Virus record (IMG/VR): IMGVR_UViG_2830247124_000001
Coordinates: 32,001-96,000 of that record
From: a virus
Lineage: Duplodnaviria > Caudoviricetes
DNA length: 64,000 nt
Strand: one strand, 5' to 3'
The notes beneath the pieces are model-generated. The model ran no database searches, had not been told where the DNA came from, and was given only the letters and a program-made list of their open reading frames with translations. Below are positions 62,989 to 64,000 of this stretch, one piece after another. Positions within the stretch are counted from its first letter, which is position 1. Each line of letters opens with the position of its first letter. Made by a program: the position numbers and the translations under genes.

Positions 62989-63741
62989 ATGCCAAAACCT
63001 AACGTCGGAAAGTTTCTTATGAGCGACAACCCGCTCATGGCCCTCACTGCAAACGACTCTTCCGCCCCCAGCGACAGCACCGAAAGCGGTGGTGGAGGGT
63101 CTTCTCGCCCCGCCGCGTCGCGCAGGAGCGACACCTCACCTCCCGCCCAGAGATACACTGGCAGTTCCAACAGCCGTGGTGCCGGGAGTCGCAGTGCTGA
63201 AAGCGACACCGCTCCCGTGGGGCCGCGCAAAGAGACGCCGGTGAGCGTGGGGGAGTTCATGATGTCGGACAATCCCCTGAAGACGATCAAGAGAAACGCC
63301 AGAAAGGCCGGAACAGACGTGCCGGATAGCCTCGTCGATGCTCTGATCCAGCAGGAGTCTGGTGGGGACCCGGACGCTGTGTCTTCGGCAGGGGCCGTTG
63401 GGCTTGCCCAGTCGATGCCGAAAACAGCCAAAGACCCCGGATACGGAGTTGAGCCTCTCGATGACCCACGCGACCCGGAGCAGGCCCGCCGGTTTGCGGA
63501 GGACTACCTCGGAGCAATGCTCGACGAGTTCGAGGACCCAGGCCACGCGCTCATGGCGTACAACTGGGGGCCCGGAAACGTAAAGCGCTGGAAGTCCAAT
63601 GGCGGGGACCCCAGCAAAGTCCCGGACGAGACCAGAGACTACGTCAAGTCCTTGGGGCCTGCCGCCGCACGGTCCACCGGCCAGGAGATCAACACGCCGT
63701 TTTACTCTTCTGGTGGAGGCACGGTCGCAACTGCACGCTAA
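62989..63741 (+). CDS. lytic transglycosylase (SLT domain)
   Basis: QESGG...S.AGAVGLAQSMP, AYNWGPG, ETRDYV. Confidence 0.9.
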   Translation: MPKPNVGKFLMSDNPLMALTANDSSAPSDSTESGGGGSSRPAASRRSDTSPPAQRYTGSSNSRGAGSRSAESDTAPVGPRKETPVSVGEFMMSDNPLKTIKRNARKAGTDVPDSLVDALIQQESGGDPDAVSSAGAVGLAQSMPKTAKDPGYGVEPLDDPRDPEQARRFAEDYLGAMLDEFEDPGHALMAYNWGPGNVKRWKSNGGDPSKVPDETRDYVKSLGPAAARSTGQEINTPFYSSGGGTVATAR

Positions 63742-63752
63742 ACGGCCACAGG

Positions 63753-64000
63753 CTAAACGACCGTTGTCGGCTCGGAGGGGTTGGGAAGACTACTGCCTGG
63801 AACCTCCGGGCCTTCAATCGAGGAGTATTCTTTGTCGGAGCAGTCGATGAACCACTCGGCCACCCAGACGTCTACCCGCCCGTCGCAAACGATCTCTACG
63901 TGGACGGCCTTCTGGGGAAACCAGACCTTCCCGTCATCTCCAGGAAACGATATGCCCTTCTCTGTCTGGTACCCCACCTCTGAGGTGTGGAAGTACAGGC
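63753..64000 (-). CDS. hypothetical protein, convergent, start possibly beyond the window
   Basis: ORF 63753..63977 on the minus strand. Confidence 0.45.
   Translation of the reverse strand, partial: LYFHTSEVGYQTEKGISFPGDDGKVWFPQKAVHVEIVCDGRVDVWVAEWFIDCSDKEYSSIEGPEVPGSSLPNPSEPTTVV

Noticed and set aside
1-64000. tRNA or rRNA genes, diversity-generating retroelement, integrase
   Set aside because: I saw no cloverleaf, reverse transcriptase or recombinase motifs by eye. A tRNAscan or HMM run would be needed to exclude them fully.

Overview
This window is part of a large tailed dsDNA bacteriophage genome, probably with podovirus-type morphology. The host is most likely an extremely halophilic Gram-negative bacterium such as Salinibacter/Rhodothermota. 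That is an inference from the strongly acidic proteins, high GC, sigma70-type promoters, two peptidoglycan hydrolases, a spanin-like gene and the scarcity of Shine-Dalgarno motifs. Bases 1-10.9 kb hold a minus-strand array of about 23 small early or host-takeover-like genes. After a divergent non-coding block (about 10.9-11.56 kb), the plus strand carries: a DEDDh exonuclease, a CHAP lysin, a SLOG protein, TerS-like and TerL genes (TerL with a class 3 LAGLIDADG intein in Walker A), portal, scaffold, major capsid, paralogous adaptor/ring proteins, a 3210-aa tail fibre, a Fic gene, a nozzle-like protein, ejection proteins including a 4815-aa polyvalent protein, holin/spanin-like genes, a metallophosphoesterase and a lytic transglycosylase. 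The most striking unexplained signal is in the early array. Fourteen intergenic copies of a two-hairpin structured RNA element occur there: a ~13-bp stem, a CGAY linker, then a short stem with loop AAGCCAAUAA. The stems covary and their G-U wobbles form only on the sense strand. These elements alternate almost exclusively with seven sigma70-like promoters, so nearly every gene is a self-contained cassette. Separately, an 18-bp palindrome (YTCAMANAATTMTKTGAG) occurs at least 15 times across the window, mostly just after stop codons.
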